In this document: positions 38,801-51,671 of the stretch, in pieces
Position numbering within the stretch: position 1 is the first letter of the stretch
Layout: each line of letters opens with the position of its first letter
Origin: Lingula anatina
Lineage: Eukaryota; Animalia; Brachiopoda
DNA: 64,000 bases
Direction: 5' to 3'
Assembly: GCA_051362555.1 (NCBI GenBank)
Contig: CM120640.1
Location: 25,282,225-25,346,224 of the forward strand
Position numbers and translations under genes: made by a program
Notes under the pieces: model-generated
The model's input: only the letters and a program-made list of their open reading frames with translations
Database searches by the model: none
Told to the model about the DNA's origin: nothing

Positions 38801-41800
38801 CCAGCAAACTAGGCCCAAACAACTTGTGAAGGGGTTGCCCAGATCAATTTATGTAATGTGGGAAATTTTCAGAGGAAACGTCCATAGTCTCTGCCTGAAT
38901 CTAGCTACAACTGTGAAAGAAAATGATGCAAAATTATTTTGTTTTCAGTTAAACAATATTGTGTGATTGATAAGAGGCTGCCTGATCTGCAAATATTATG
39001 TTGATGCCACATAAATGATTGTCAAAATATTTTTCCTCGCAGTGAACAGTAAGAGGATATAAGATTCAAAATTAATTTATACATAATCAAAAATGTAATC
39101 TAAATTTTAGGAGTGAAATGATACCTTGTTTTCAGTACTTTTGTTGTAAATGTTTCTGTGTAATTTTGATTTCAGTGGGAAAATTTTGGAACAGTCAGTA
39201 AGAGAGCATGGCAATAAAAGGACAGATATAGTGGAAGGATATGGAACATTGGATAATGGAGACAACAAAGGGTCAGAACTTTTGCAAAGAAATCAAGCTG
39301 ATGGCAATCACATAGAAGGTGAACAGGAGTGCATTCCTGGTGATCTTAAACCTGAAGGGGCAGATCCAGAGGATATGGAGGAAGGGGAAATCCTAGAAGA
39401 TGGTGAATTAGACAATGATGATGGTGCAGACAGTGAGGAAGCAGAAATGGTGAAACCAGAAGAGGAAGAGGTGCAACATCATGATGAGCAAGGTAAGGAC
39501 TACATGTAGCTGATGTCTTGTCATTATAGATTCCCTCATCATCTATACCTAAAGCCCTCTTTACACTGGACAATGTCTTTCTGCATCCCACAGTACGGTC
39601 CTGTTTGAGAGGAAAAAAAAAACTTAAATGCCTACAGCTGGCCGATCATTGAGTATTCATTCTGCAACCAAAGGGATGCTTGTGCCTCCTTTCTATGACC
39701 ACACCAATGCCAGTTTCATGGTCACATAAAGGACGCAGAAAAGATGCCAGTCCAGTGTAAAGGGGGTTTAACTGTACAAATCATTTGTGTATAAATTTCA
39801 GGTCATCCATCCAAGTGATAAAATTAAAAAGGAAACTGATGCAATTACACTTGAATGTTGAAGGTTAAAAAGTGGAAATAATGTTCTTGATTTTGCAGAT
39901 GATGAAAGCAGTGAGGAGGAAGACGAAGAGGATAGTTTGGAAGAAAAGAAGAGGAAGAAAAAAGAAAGACGTAAGAAAAGAAAAGAACGAAGAAAAGAAA
40001 GGGACAGACTGAAAAAGTTGAAGGTATGAAGAACTCAAGCAGAATAAAATGTGTAACAGAATTAGATATGTATATTTGTGAGATGATTTGAAAATCTCAC
40101 TTTTATCTAATCTCACCTCAACAAACTGATTTCAAATGTGTCATTGTGGTTATTTAAAGCCATGCAGGTAATATTTTGTTCAGCACAATAATTGTAATTT
40201 GTACTAGACATATTTTCGAATCTATATGATATAGTTGCATATCACACAGATGTGTTATTAAGTATTGAAAAAAGTGCCTTGAGCTTGGTTTCCCTCCTAA
40301 ACATTCCAAGTTTCAGGTAACTGAAAGAAAACCAATTTGTAGTAGGAACGGTAACATTGAATTTATTATAACTATCAAGAAATTCATTTGGCAGATGTTA
40401 AGTCGGCTTTATGTAGTGCTAGGTAATGAATTAAATAAGTAGATAAACCATTGATGTTAGTTATTTTTCCCAATCCATAAACTTTAAGTTAATTGTTCCA
40501 AGAGGCAAAGCCTTTAAATAGCTGACTTTCATTGGACTGAATGTCTTCCAACCTTACACTTGGACAAACCAGCATGCATGCAACCCCTGGGGGTATTTTT
40601 TTTACAGCTAAGGAAATTTGAGACATATCAGTCATGTTTGTTGCTCTGATTTTCATCTCAGAAGTGTTCAGCATCAATTTTGCTTGTTATGAAAAGTCCT
40701 ACAGTAACCATGGCTCTTCTGCCAGAAAGGTTTACTAAAATACATTGCTGATTATCTTCAAAGAATACATTTGATACTATCAGAGTGTCCACATTTATTT
40801 TTAGAAAAAGTCCAAGAAGCGTAAGCGATACATCGACCATGATAATGTCAACGATGCTGACCTAGCACAATCCTGGCCTCCTGTGTCTGCCAGGAAACAG
40901 CCTGAACCATACAGTAGTCCACAGGGCCCATATGACAGCCCATACCGCAGTCCCCCAGGTCCATACGGCAGCCCCTACAGAAGTCCACCAGGGCCCTATG
41001 ACAGCCCATACATGAGTCCTCCAGGACCCTATGACAGCCCAGATTATTCAGAGTAAGTGTGCAGTCAACAGCATCCAAAATTTAATAGCAACTAATTTTG
41101 TGCTTTCTGAAATAATATGATATTAACATTGAGACAAAACCTATATTATGTGTATGATACAATCTGAACACATAATGTAAGTTGATTTTCCCATCTTCGG
41201 CATGTTTTGTATCATTTTCATTTGTACAAGATTATCACTGTGCTGTAAGTATTGACTTATTCCTATATTTCTTGAAATTTCTTTTTAAGTGATGATGAGT
41301 ATGGGCCTCCACCATCCAAAAAAAGTCTGTTGAGTATGGTGGACGAAGATTACATGGATGTTAACATTGCAGCAGATGAGAAACAGGTAAGTTTTAATAT
41401 TATGATGTTGGCCTATTGCACCAGGGAGATGATTGAACACCAGGTTATTGTTTAGGTTCTTTGTGGTAGATGACTGATCAGAGAGCCAAGACTTGCCTCC
41501 CACATGTTGGGCTTGTGCTGCTGCTTAGACTCCCCTCTCTTATTTCCCCTTACGTTGTGCCAGGCTCTCAGCAGATTTGGTTTTTCAAGGAAAGTCTGGG
41601 AATATATGTTTCTATGGCTTATCCTTTGTCTACACCCCAGCAGAATATGAAAAACATGTTTATATTATCTGCTGTTATTCTTTTAAAGTGCCAGTACTTG
41701 AGAAAGTTGAGTGGAATTCATTCTCAGTAACTATACAGGGTCTTTTACGACCAGCAGATATCAGTGGTGGTCTTTTTGTACTCGGTAATGAAACTGTTAA

Positions 41801-44800
41801 ACCCATTGGACATCAATCTGATGGGAAAGGAGCATTAAGTCATCTTTTTCAACTTATTTGACTGTCTGTTCTCTCCTGTAGGACATGTTTCAACTGGGAG
41901 GACAAAAGAAGGGTGGCATGTCTGCTGCTGCCAGGCAGAAGAAGCTGGAGAAAAAGAAGATGTATTTTGCAAAGCAACAACAGATGCAAATGAAAAGAGA
42001 GATGCAGATGCAGCAGCGGCAACTGAACAGGCCACAGTGCAAGTTTTATAAGGAAGGGAAATGTGCCAAGGTACAGAAATCATGCCAAAAAATAATGTAT
42101 TTGGAAGCTCTGTGAAATCAGCATGTGCATGTTTTTATAAGGTTCGCATTGTTATCTTTTTCTATCAGCTCCAACTATATGTCGATTTTACTTTTGTAAA
42201 TTTATTGAGTGATCTTTTGTAGGGTGAAGGCTGTCAGTTTAACCATGACTTCACACCACCTAGGAAGCTGGAGGTTTGCAAGTTTTACATTCAAGGCTAC
42301 TGTGCCAAGGGAGAGAACTGCATTTACCTTCACAGTATCCTTTGCATTCAAGTATTGTTGGTTGTAAGGAGAAATGTATTTGGATAAATATCAATCTGTA
42401 TAGCTTATATATAAAGTCTAAAACATTAAAAAAAATTATAGTTTTTTTGTCAGACAGGATCGTTTCCTTAACTTTTCTCAGAAGACTGGCCATGCAAGTA
42501 TTATCACACTGGACAACAATGTCATGAGGGGGAAAATTGTAAATTCTCTCATGAACGGCTGACAGAAGACACCAGACCTTTGCTTCAGAAGGTGAAAGAT
42601 ACCATCAGTTGAAGTTTTTTTTAACTTACTTTGACTTCAACCTCCTTCATTGTGTGGTTTTGTAACAGTTTGTTTTCAGCAAAGAAAATGAATGTTTTTA
42701 TATGTGCCATCTCTGATATGTTCTTTATGTATAAAAAATTGCACTATAAATTATTAAATTGTAATTTTGCATGTCCTTGTGCTTGCAGGCAATAGACTTG
42801 TCAGAGGAAGATCTATTTGATATTCAAGGTCCACCTGGTGCCAAAGTTAAGAAACCAAGTCTGTTAGGTAAGCTGCATTATCTTATTATGCTGGAAATTG
42901 AATTTCTAATAGATTTATAAATAAAGATAAAAATATTGAAAGATATAAAGAGTGATATCCAACTTTACCATATTTGAAAATTAAGTTAAATTTGTTTTGT
43001 TTCTATAAGGTTCCCCTCCTCGTCATATCAAAGAACAGGTGGAGAGATTGAAGGAGCAACAGAAAAAGATTCCATCCCTTTTTGACATTAAAGTCACACC
43101 AACAGCATCACTGCTACAGAATACACAGTCCCCACAATCAGGACAGCAGCAGCAGCTGAGTCCCAGTAAACTACAATCAACACCACAACATCAACAGCAA
43201 CAACAGCCTCAAGAACAGCAGCAACAACAATCACAGCTGCAGCCACCACCCAAGACTGCAGTTTCTCAGCAGCAACCACAACAACAACAACAGATACCAC
43301 AGCTACAGCAAGCCTCTCCAGTGCCACGACCTGTCAGGTAAAGTGGTCAAGTTGGTGGTGCAGTTTTATTTGGTTCAAACATTGTAATTCAGTGGCAACA
43401 GCATGTTTGAAAAAGTAACTTGTTAAAGGTAAAGGTAAAAATAAGTTGGGCTTATCTTCTAACTACTAAACGGCTTTCTTTTTTCAGGCCTGGTTTCTAC
43501 AAGGATATGACTTCTCCTTCCCCTTCTAGACCTGGGCTCCTTGGGGATGCCCCTATTGGACCTCCCCGCATGCCCCCTCCAGGCCCCCCGCCCAGAATGG
43601 CAGGAGTGATGCCTCCCAGGCCTCCCATGGGTCCCCTTGGTCCCATGAGCATGCCACCCCCAGGGATGACCCCACTTCCCCCTGCAGCTGCAGCAGTAGT
43701 TGCTGCTGCACAACAGGCTGTTGGGTTCTTTGATGCTTTCTTTGGTCAGCCACCACCACCTATAGGACTGGACCAGCCACCACCACCTCTGCTTCAACAA
43801 CAACAACAACAGCAGCAACAGCAGCAAATGCCTCAACAGCAGCCACAGCAAGGTAAACACTAGAGAATATCACATGTTCTTGAAACAAATTTTTGAAAAT
43901 GCATTATTGGTATATTGTACAAGGTGCAAGTTAAGGCAATGAGTTCAAATTGATGCTATGAGTTTTCTTTTAAAAATGGGTGAATAGATACCAATTGATT
44001 TTAAAGTGATGCTATAAAGGCATTTGGTCATTGCTACACGAAGAAATTGAACCAAAATTTGAACAATACTAAAAACTATGTTTTCAGGCTCTGGGGATGA
44101 AAAACAGCAAGGTGAAATGGAGGGTGATGCAGAAAACAAACCTTTTGTCATCCCACCCAACTTGCCACCAAAACAGCGTGAACTTTTTCTGCGCATACAG
44201 CAGCAGCAAAAGGAAAACTTGGCAGAAGCTGAACAAGGTGCTGACCAAACCAAAGGTAAATTTTTTGACCTAAGGTAGCTGATACACACTCACATGCAAG
44301 ATAGTTGTCACATTCATTAAATAATTTCTTCATTGCATAATTTTTCACATGATACACTTAATCCTTCATTTTAGAAGCAGAAGATGATAATTGGTATTCA
44401 AGTGATGAAGAAGAATCTTCTGGGTCATCCAAGAATCAATTAACAGACATTTTGAAAAGTATTAATCAACAGGTAATTTTTAACCTCAACTAGATGCTAG
44501 TTACAAGAGGTGTCGCCCATCATCTGCAATGCACAAGTATTATTATTAAGGTGTAGCTTATCCCATGACTAGTGCTGTGAACAGTATAATAATCGCACTT
44601 ATATTTTGCTCACAAGAGGTGGTGCTTGCTTGTATTATGTGCATGGAATTATGGAATGTAGTGAAGCATTTTAAAAAAGGAGGCAAGTGTAGACCTCTTC
44701 AACGAAATAAAGTGAAATTATTGTTTTGCAAAGCACCAGATGTGGGATATTTGAATAAGCAACCTAGCTATCAAGTTTTACTTATCATATTTAATATACA

Positions 44801-46847
44801 AGTTAATATATGAATGCAGCACTTTGTTTCCACTGGTCACGTGGAATAAAATGTCTAAATATGTTTATAATAAAACATTCTCTCATCCAGCCTGCCAAGT
44901 CAGCACCCCAGCAACAGCAGCAGCAGCAGCTGCCACCTGCTGTACCATTAGTGGCATCAGGGCCAGCACCCCCTGTGTTTGATATTGCCAAAATGCTAAG
45001 TGTCATTAAACAGGGCCCTCCACCACCTCTCCTGCCTGCTGCAGCTCCTGTCAGGTAAGTTTCGTGATCTCATCAAATAGCATTTTTTCTTTTTATTTAT
45101 TGACTTATTGATTTGTTCTTGTTTTGCTTTATTGAAATCACTGAAAATCACATCTGTTTTATCAGTTCAGAACATTGACCCATCACACAGATTCTTTATG
45201 TACATTATGTACTTTATGTGCACTGGACAGTTTGTATATATAAAAGACCCATTACAATGCGCAGTACTTGAAAGCCACATACAAAAAGTGTCACAAACAC
45301 CTGTATACACAAGAGAAAGAAGAAATTAAGCACGTCATAATTTAATAGTTTTTAAAAGAGCAAACTTAAATATTACATCAAAGTGTGTAGTGGTATTATT
45401 GGTATGGTTTACAAGTTCAACTCTACAAAAAACATCCCGTCATGTTGGTTAATCATTATTTGTAAGTTTCTTCTTATGATCCTGAAAATAATTGTCGAAT
45501 TCCTTGATTTCAGACTGCAGTACTGGAGAGCTTACTTTCCATGCATTAAAAAGAATGAAAAAGGATATGAAGAGAAGACAATGTGCACACCCTTTATACT
45601 AATGTTTTGTATGTATGTTTGTATTTTTTAGACCTCTCCTGAGTACACCAGTCACCAGACCAGATCCAAGGCAACAAGGGAGACAAGATCCAAGAAATCA
45701 ACAACAGCATCAAGATCCTAGAATGCAACTGCAACAACAACAACAACAACAACAGCAACAGACCCAAGACCCAAGAGGGGCAAGAAGTGATCCAAGGAGG
45801 CAAAATGTATTGAATACAATAAACCAGAACCAATCCTCTTACAACAAAGAACCAGAAAAACTTGAAGTTATTACGCTAGACATGAAGTGTCTTGTGCCAT
45901 ATCAACTGAAAATAGTGACTACTGACACAAAAAAAGTGGGCTTACCCCCAGGTATGGACCCAGCAGACCCTAAGATTCAAAATGATCCAAGGTTAAAAAA
46001 ATTACTCAGTCAAATGGACCCGAGAATGTTGAGGGTAAATGGACAATCCCCATCAAGGTCTCCCACGGACTCTAACAGAGGTTCAAGGGATCCAAGGGCA
46101 GCCGCAGCAGCTGCTCAAGCTCTCACTCCACCCCACAAGCCACAGGACCCAAGGTCACGCCCTGCAGACCCCAGGGTGCCTGCTGCCAGTCAGCTTGGTG
46201 CTACAGAAGAAAAAGCTGAAGAAATCCCCGAGATGCCTTTAGCATTACGGCAGCCCCCACCTCTGTCAATGGCCAAACCATTACATTTACAGGGACAGCA
46301 ATTGCAGAGGCAGAGAAGCCAACCAGACAACAGTAGTAGTAGTAGTAGTAACAGTAACAAAGTGGATTACAGAAATGATCCAAGATTTAAGAGGAAAACT
46401 TCAAATGTTCAGCCACTAATGGGCAGCACACCAGCCTATTCAAAGGCAGATCATTTGGTTTCTAACCAGGAGCAATCACAACCTGTGCACGAAAATGGTA
46501 ATCAAAGTTTTAAGTTTGACAAGGAGTCTGTTGAGTACACATCGCCACTTAGTATGCCAGAATCCTCTCAAAATGAATCTGGATATTCAGCTTACAGTCG
46601 GCAAGTTAACATCTACAGTCGACCTCCCAAGAAAATGCTTGGTTTAAGTAGAACTAATCAGAGTTCGAGCTACAGTGGTCAATCTCCACAGCAGCAGGCC
46701 AATGGGCCACCAAATAACAGTCTTGGAGACCAAGCTGTTGTGGCTGACCAAGATCAAATTATCACTGGCTCTACTGGTCAAGAATCAGAAGTGACTTTAA
46801 GGGATGTGTTTAAAACAATAGATCCAACAGCTTCACCATTTTGCTGA
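35857..46847 (+). CDS. ZC3H4: CCCH zinc-finger protein of the ZC3H4/ZC3H6/ZC3H8 (Su(s), Restrictor) family, 15 exons, ~1232 aa
   Basis: Exons 35857-35939, 39176-39492, 39899-40023, 40805-41052, 41290-41386, 41882-42070, 42223-42334, 42482-42591, 42789-42867, 43010-43337, 43488-43852, 44088-44255, 44375-44472, 44891-45054, 45632-46847 join in phase. [11 protein letters not shown] motif, K/R-rich stretch, three C-x7-C-x5-C-x3-H-like fingers ([19 protein letters not shown]; [19 protein letters not shown]; [20 protein letters not shown]), [33 protein letters not shown], ~11 DPR motifs and the C-terminal [14 protein letters not shown] characteristic of ZC3H4/6. Exon 1 is less certain than the rest. 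Confidence 0.9.
40907..41038 (+). repeat. Coding tandem repeat, 4 x 33 nt (PYxSP[PQ]GPY[DG]S)
   Basis: Translation [44 protein letters not shown] inside ZC3H4 exon 4. Confidence 0.9.
42335..42481 (+). other. U12-type GT-AG intron in the ZC3H4-like gene, between zinc fingers 2 and 3
   Basis: Donor A|GTATCCTTT (consensus); branch point TTCCTTAAC (42464-42472); acceptor CAG at 42481 (in-frame AAG alternative at 42484). Confidence 0.9.
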
Positions 46848-49800
46848 CATACGGAATATCCTCTTCTAACAGCAAGATGATTCCTTTACTCCACATTTTT
46901 CATATCATTCTTTCCATAATTGTATATTTCTGCATGGATATCTCCAGTCTAAATGTTGTGTAGAAGTGAAGATAAGATCTGACAGTGACGTAACATCGTG
47001 ACCTTTTGTGTCTGTGTGAAAGGAGGTGCAATTGTGCAATTTTATATGCAGGGTTGAAATTGCAATGTCATTTAATAAGGTTGATTTGAAAGAAAGGTCT
47101 CATCCTCAATAATGTGTGTCTATATATAAAAGTTTCCTGTAAAATTGACTGGCAACCTCTTTACTCTTGTTTGTTACTTAATACGATTACTTAAGATTAT
47201 ATCCAGTGGAGGTCCTTTCCCTGTATGTTGTGCATTAGTGTTGTTGTCAAAATATTTAATGCAAACGATGTTCGTCAACTTAAATTTGTGCATTCACCGG
47301 AGCCCTTTCATTCAATACTTAAATAATTGCAATTTTAATATTCACTAGTTGTACAAATAACTTTCTCCATGGAAACTTGCCACCTATTCAGCTGCCATTA
47401 TGATAATGATGGAAGTGGTTGAATTTGCAATTTGCAAGTCATGGCCCAATTTTGTTTCAGCATTTTGGCGGATGTTGCTTTCAAGAAATGGCCTTTCCCC
47501 TCAATTTAAAATGTGTACTGACCTAAGTATGTCGGGGATTTTGTGTGAAATGCAAATTAACCCAATAAGTTCAAGAGAAGTTGCTAAGGTACAAATTATT
47601 GACACCAGATTCCAGATTTTCCATTTTTTATCAACAGCTGAAGCAATATCCAGTCATGACCTATTTTTCAGTATTTAACAAGGGCTGGTATAAGTACTTT
47701 GTTTTCTATATTGATACATTTTTGGTAAATGCTAAATACAATTTACACTTTTTGAATAGGTCATTTTCAAGAGCATTTTCTAAATATGCTGCATTAAGAA
47801 TCAGTTGCAACATATCCTTGCTAATTAATGAGGTTTTGCTCATTTGTTACATACAGAATGTGTATCAGTTATGATTTCACTTAAAAGTGTAGAAACAGAT
47901 CACCGTTGATTACATTTAATTGCATCCATCTGTTACAGCATGGATGCATTTTCTTAGCATTTTCTCTTTGAATGAAGATACTTGAAAGCCATTTCCTGCA
48001 TGTTTACTTTTATTGGTTAAATGAGAATGAAGAACAACAAATTTGATTATAATACTGGATGTAAAAGCTGTTCCATAGAAATGTATTTATTTTTTGCATT
48101 GCTTGTGTTTAAATTGTTGTTGAGATATTTATTAAAAGGATCATGGACATTTCTAAATGAAAAGATTTATCTACTTTTGACTTCATCAATTGTAAATTTG
48201 TTAATATGTATTTTTACCAGAAATAGTGATGTACATATTTTTGGAATCCCATGCATTTTGAACAAACCATTGACCTGTGTGACCAGTGACAAATGTGGTG
48301 TATTCCATGAGGTTTTATGTGCTTTCTGATCCTACATCTAGTTTTTTTCTGGATGGTCAGATTAAATGAGCTGGTTTGAGACTGACCCCTCTGAAGCTTT
48401 GGCTAGCTTTGCCAGGATAATGTCAATAAATAATTGTAATATTCATAATGATTTTGTTGCTTAATCCAACTGATGTTGAAAATTGTACTTTTGGGTCGAA
48501 TGTGCCTCCAATTGCTGTGGATATTGAAAGGTTTCCTTGACCTTGGAAGTTTTTGTCATCCTGTTCTTATTTCCAACATGTGACCAGGCTCATGCAATAC
48601 AATTTCAGTAAACTTTTGTATTTTTCTAAATTATTTCTGAGGACATGGACCATTTAGAAAAAAAATGAGACATTTAGTCTGAGGAAACATAATGCAGAGA
48701 AAACAGCACAGAAAATGATACTTTCTCATCCTTTACTTTACCTGCACATTATATCAAATGATTACAATCTAAAGTTCTGTATGAACAGAGATAATATTTC
48801 AGTCGGAATATGTCCATGTACGAACAGTACAACCTACAGTGCAGAAATATGTAGAAATCACTTTAATGGATGGTATATAGAATTATCAGTGTTCAGTAAT
48901 AAATCATCCCATTTTCTTTTTACAGAGTTTGAACATTAGTCCAAAATTATTTAACTCAGTTTAAACTTATACAATTATGAAATATAACCCCCTGGTTACT
49001 TTAAATAAAGCACAAGGAATACTTGCGAAAAATTCACTTGACCTTGAGAATAAATGTGATCTTAAAAACGTCCATAGGATATGTTTGGATGTGGTACTCT
49101 ATGGAGTGCTGGTTGATAAAGACTAGAAAATAAACTGAAGATTCCAGGAGATAACATGTTAAAAAACAACTATTTTCCGTCACAATCCCGTATACAATCC
49201 CATAAAAGTGATATATATATACACATGCATGCACATCAAAATGCATCAAGCATTGCACTTCAATAACTGAGCTGTATGATAAACTCAACCACAGAAAGAC
49301 TGGCAAAATAGAATACCTTACCAATCTTGCACATGGGGATGAGACTAGTATACAGTTTTGACTTGCTCTTTACTCTTAATACATTACATTAACTATGACC
49401 ACAGACTGTAGACATTAATCGGTTTTAAAACACTTCTAGTGAAGCTTTGCACACAAAGTAATGGAATGTCTAATCACCAAACAATACATTCTGTAATAAC
49501 AAGCAGTGACCTGAGTCTTTTCTTGCAAATGTGTTCCAAAGTCATTCTATTATATTTCTGACCTTGTGTTTATAACAACTGCCTTGATCACCCATTCTAT
49601 ATAAAGCAATAGCCTGCAAGGACCACCACCTCAACACGCACACCACAAGTTATATAGCTGCAATTGATTCAAGTGACTGTAGCGCTGTACTATCTCAGTA
49701 GTGAACTCCATGGGGACTCTTGCTGAATGCAATCAAATGAACATATCTCTTGTTCTCAATGTCCTGGTATAATCACTAGCTCTACTGTACTCTGCTCTAC

Positions 49801-51671
49801 ACCAGAAGGCTTGTTAATCTCTTAATCTGGTTGCATTCAGTGAGAGTCCCTGCAGAGTTGAAGCTACGTATCTACATAGAACAATAGTTTCATTGGGAAT
49901 GAGCCCTTATTCCTCAGTAGTCCTATGTAACTACCATCATAGTAAGTTGCAGAATTACATGGCAGAAAGTACGGTTATAACTCAATCTTTTCAATTGGGG
50001 AAAATTGTGAATTTTACAGATACTGAAATTTCTCATTATTTCTTAAAATTAGAACATTTCCAATAAGTGGTAGCAACAACATTAACAAAGCAGGCTACTC
50101 TATTCTATGCAGTCAAAGCACCATAAATGCTACATTGACATAATTTTAGTGATTATATAATTATGTATCTGAATATTAATAATTTTTGGCCATTGAAAAG
50201 ATCAAGTCATTACCATATCCATTACACTGAGATAATGCAGTGCTACTGTAAATTAAGCTGTCAAAACTGGACCATACATAAACTTGTACTTTGCTGTCAT
50301 GTCTCTGTCATGGTACCACAGTGTACCACCCAACTCTTGGCCTCTAATTTTCTGTACTTTCTGCATGCATGCTTCAATTATAACCATTATTGTCTACACA
50401 TTCTATCTAGCTAGATGCCCCTATTTAATAAAAAAGCTTTTTTTCGCATAATATTCTCACTTCTAGACACATATCATAGCCCATTTAAATACACAATACA
50501 ATAAAAAAAACAGTTTGTAGTGCATGTCCTTAATCCAGTATATATAATGATTAACTCTAACACTAATGATCTACATTTATGTCTATATATCTTTTTAAAG
50601 TTACATTCTTTTCAAATATTCATGTTTAGAAACTTTCTAACAGAAGAAAAAATAATAAAAAGATGAAGAAAAACTAAGATCTGAAACAAAACAGTTTCTG
50701 GCATTATATTCCTAAACTACAACATCAGAGCTCTATATATATCCTTTTGGAAATTTTGTAATTTCCAAGTGATACCTTAATTGCTGGCAAAGATAGGGTA
50801 TACTGGTATTTCTCAGAGACTACTCTTTGGATTCTCTATATTTGTTGGCAATGTTACAATTACAGGGAGATTTATGAGACACGACTGCTTTAGCTGCAAT
50901 TGGTCTTTCTTTACAGCACACTAGATTTTACTAAACTGGAATATCCTTTGTGATGTATGGGAATATATGCCATATCAAATCTAAATCTATTTTGCAATAA
51001 GTTTTTAGTATGTAACTATAGTTTACAGCAACAACCTCTTTATTTTGATAAGCCTACAGTGCCATAAGTAGATAAGGAAATACTAGTAAATGTGCTTAAC
51101 TAATACTTAATGCATTAAGTTTAAGATTGTGTATTCCCAGAAAGCCTACCTATGGTACATTGTGGAAATAAGCCCATGGTAAAATATATTTAAACTGAAT
51201 ACACCCGAGAATATTATTGGGCACAATTACGTAATTGAAATAAAAAAAATTATCACAAAATCTCGAACAACTAATACCCAGTGTTGTTTGCCTATTTGGT
51301 ATTGATGATGTTGTGAATGTTTGTCTTAATTTTGGATGAAAGGGACTCAAGGTAAGTTGTTCATTTATATAGCCAGACCAGAACTTGCCAACACTTCTAT
51401 GAGTGTTGGCTGCATATTGTTATCCTGGTTTTAGCCACAGCAGTATGTCTAACAAACACAACCATCATCAAAGAAACTGAAATATTTCCTCTACAATAAA
51501 GTACCACTGACGGCAGCTTCATATCTGTTGTTATCACATAAAAAGAATGTGACATATTTCATCACATTATACAGCCAAGACATGTATTGCACCCAATTTT
51601 TCAACTGTTTATGAATACTGTCTTGTATTTTCATGAACCAGATCTCCGTCTTTCTCCATCTATTGTACAAT

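Noticed and set aside
43094-43860. Hydrophobic poly-Leu/Val/Ala minus-strand ORFs resembling membrane proteins
   Set aside because: Reverse complement of the polyQ codons of the ZC3H4-like gene.
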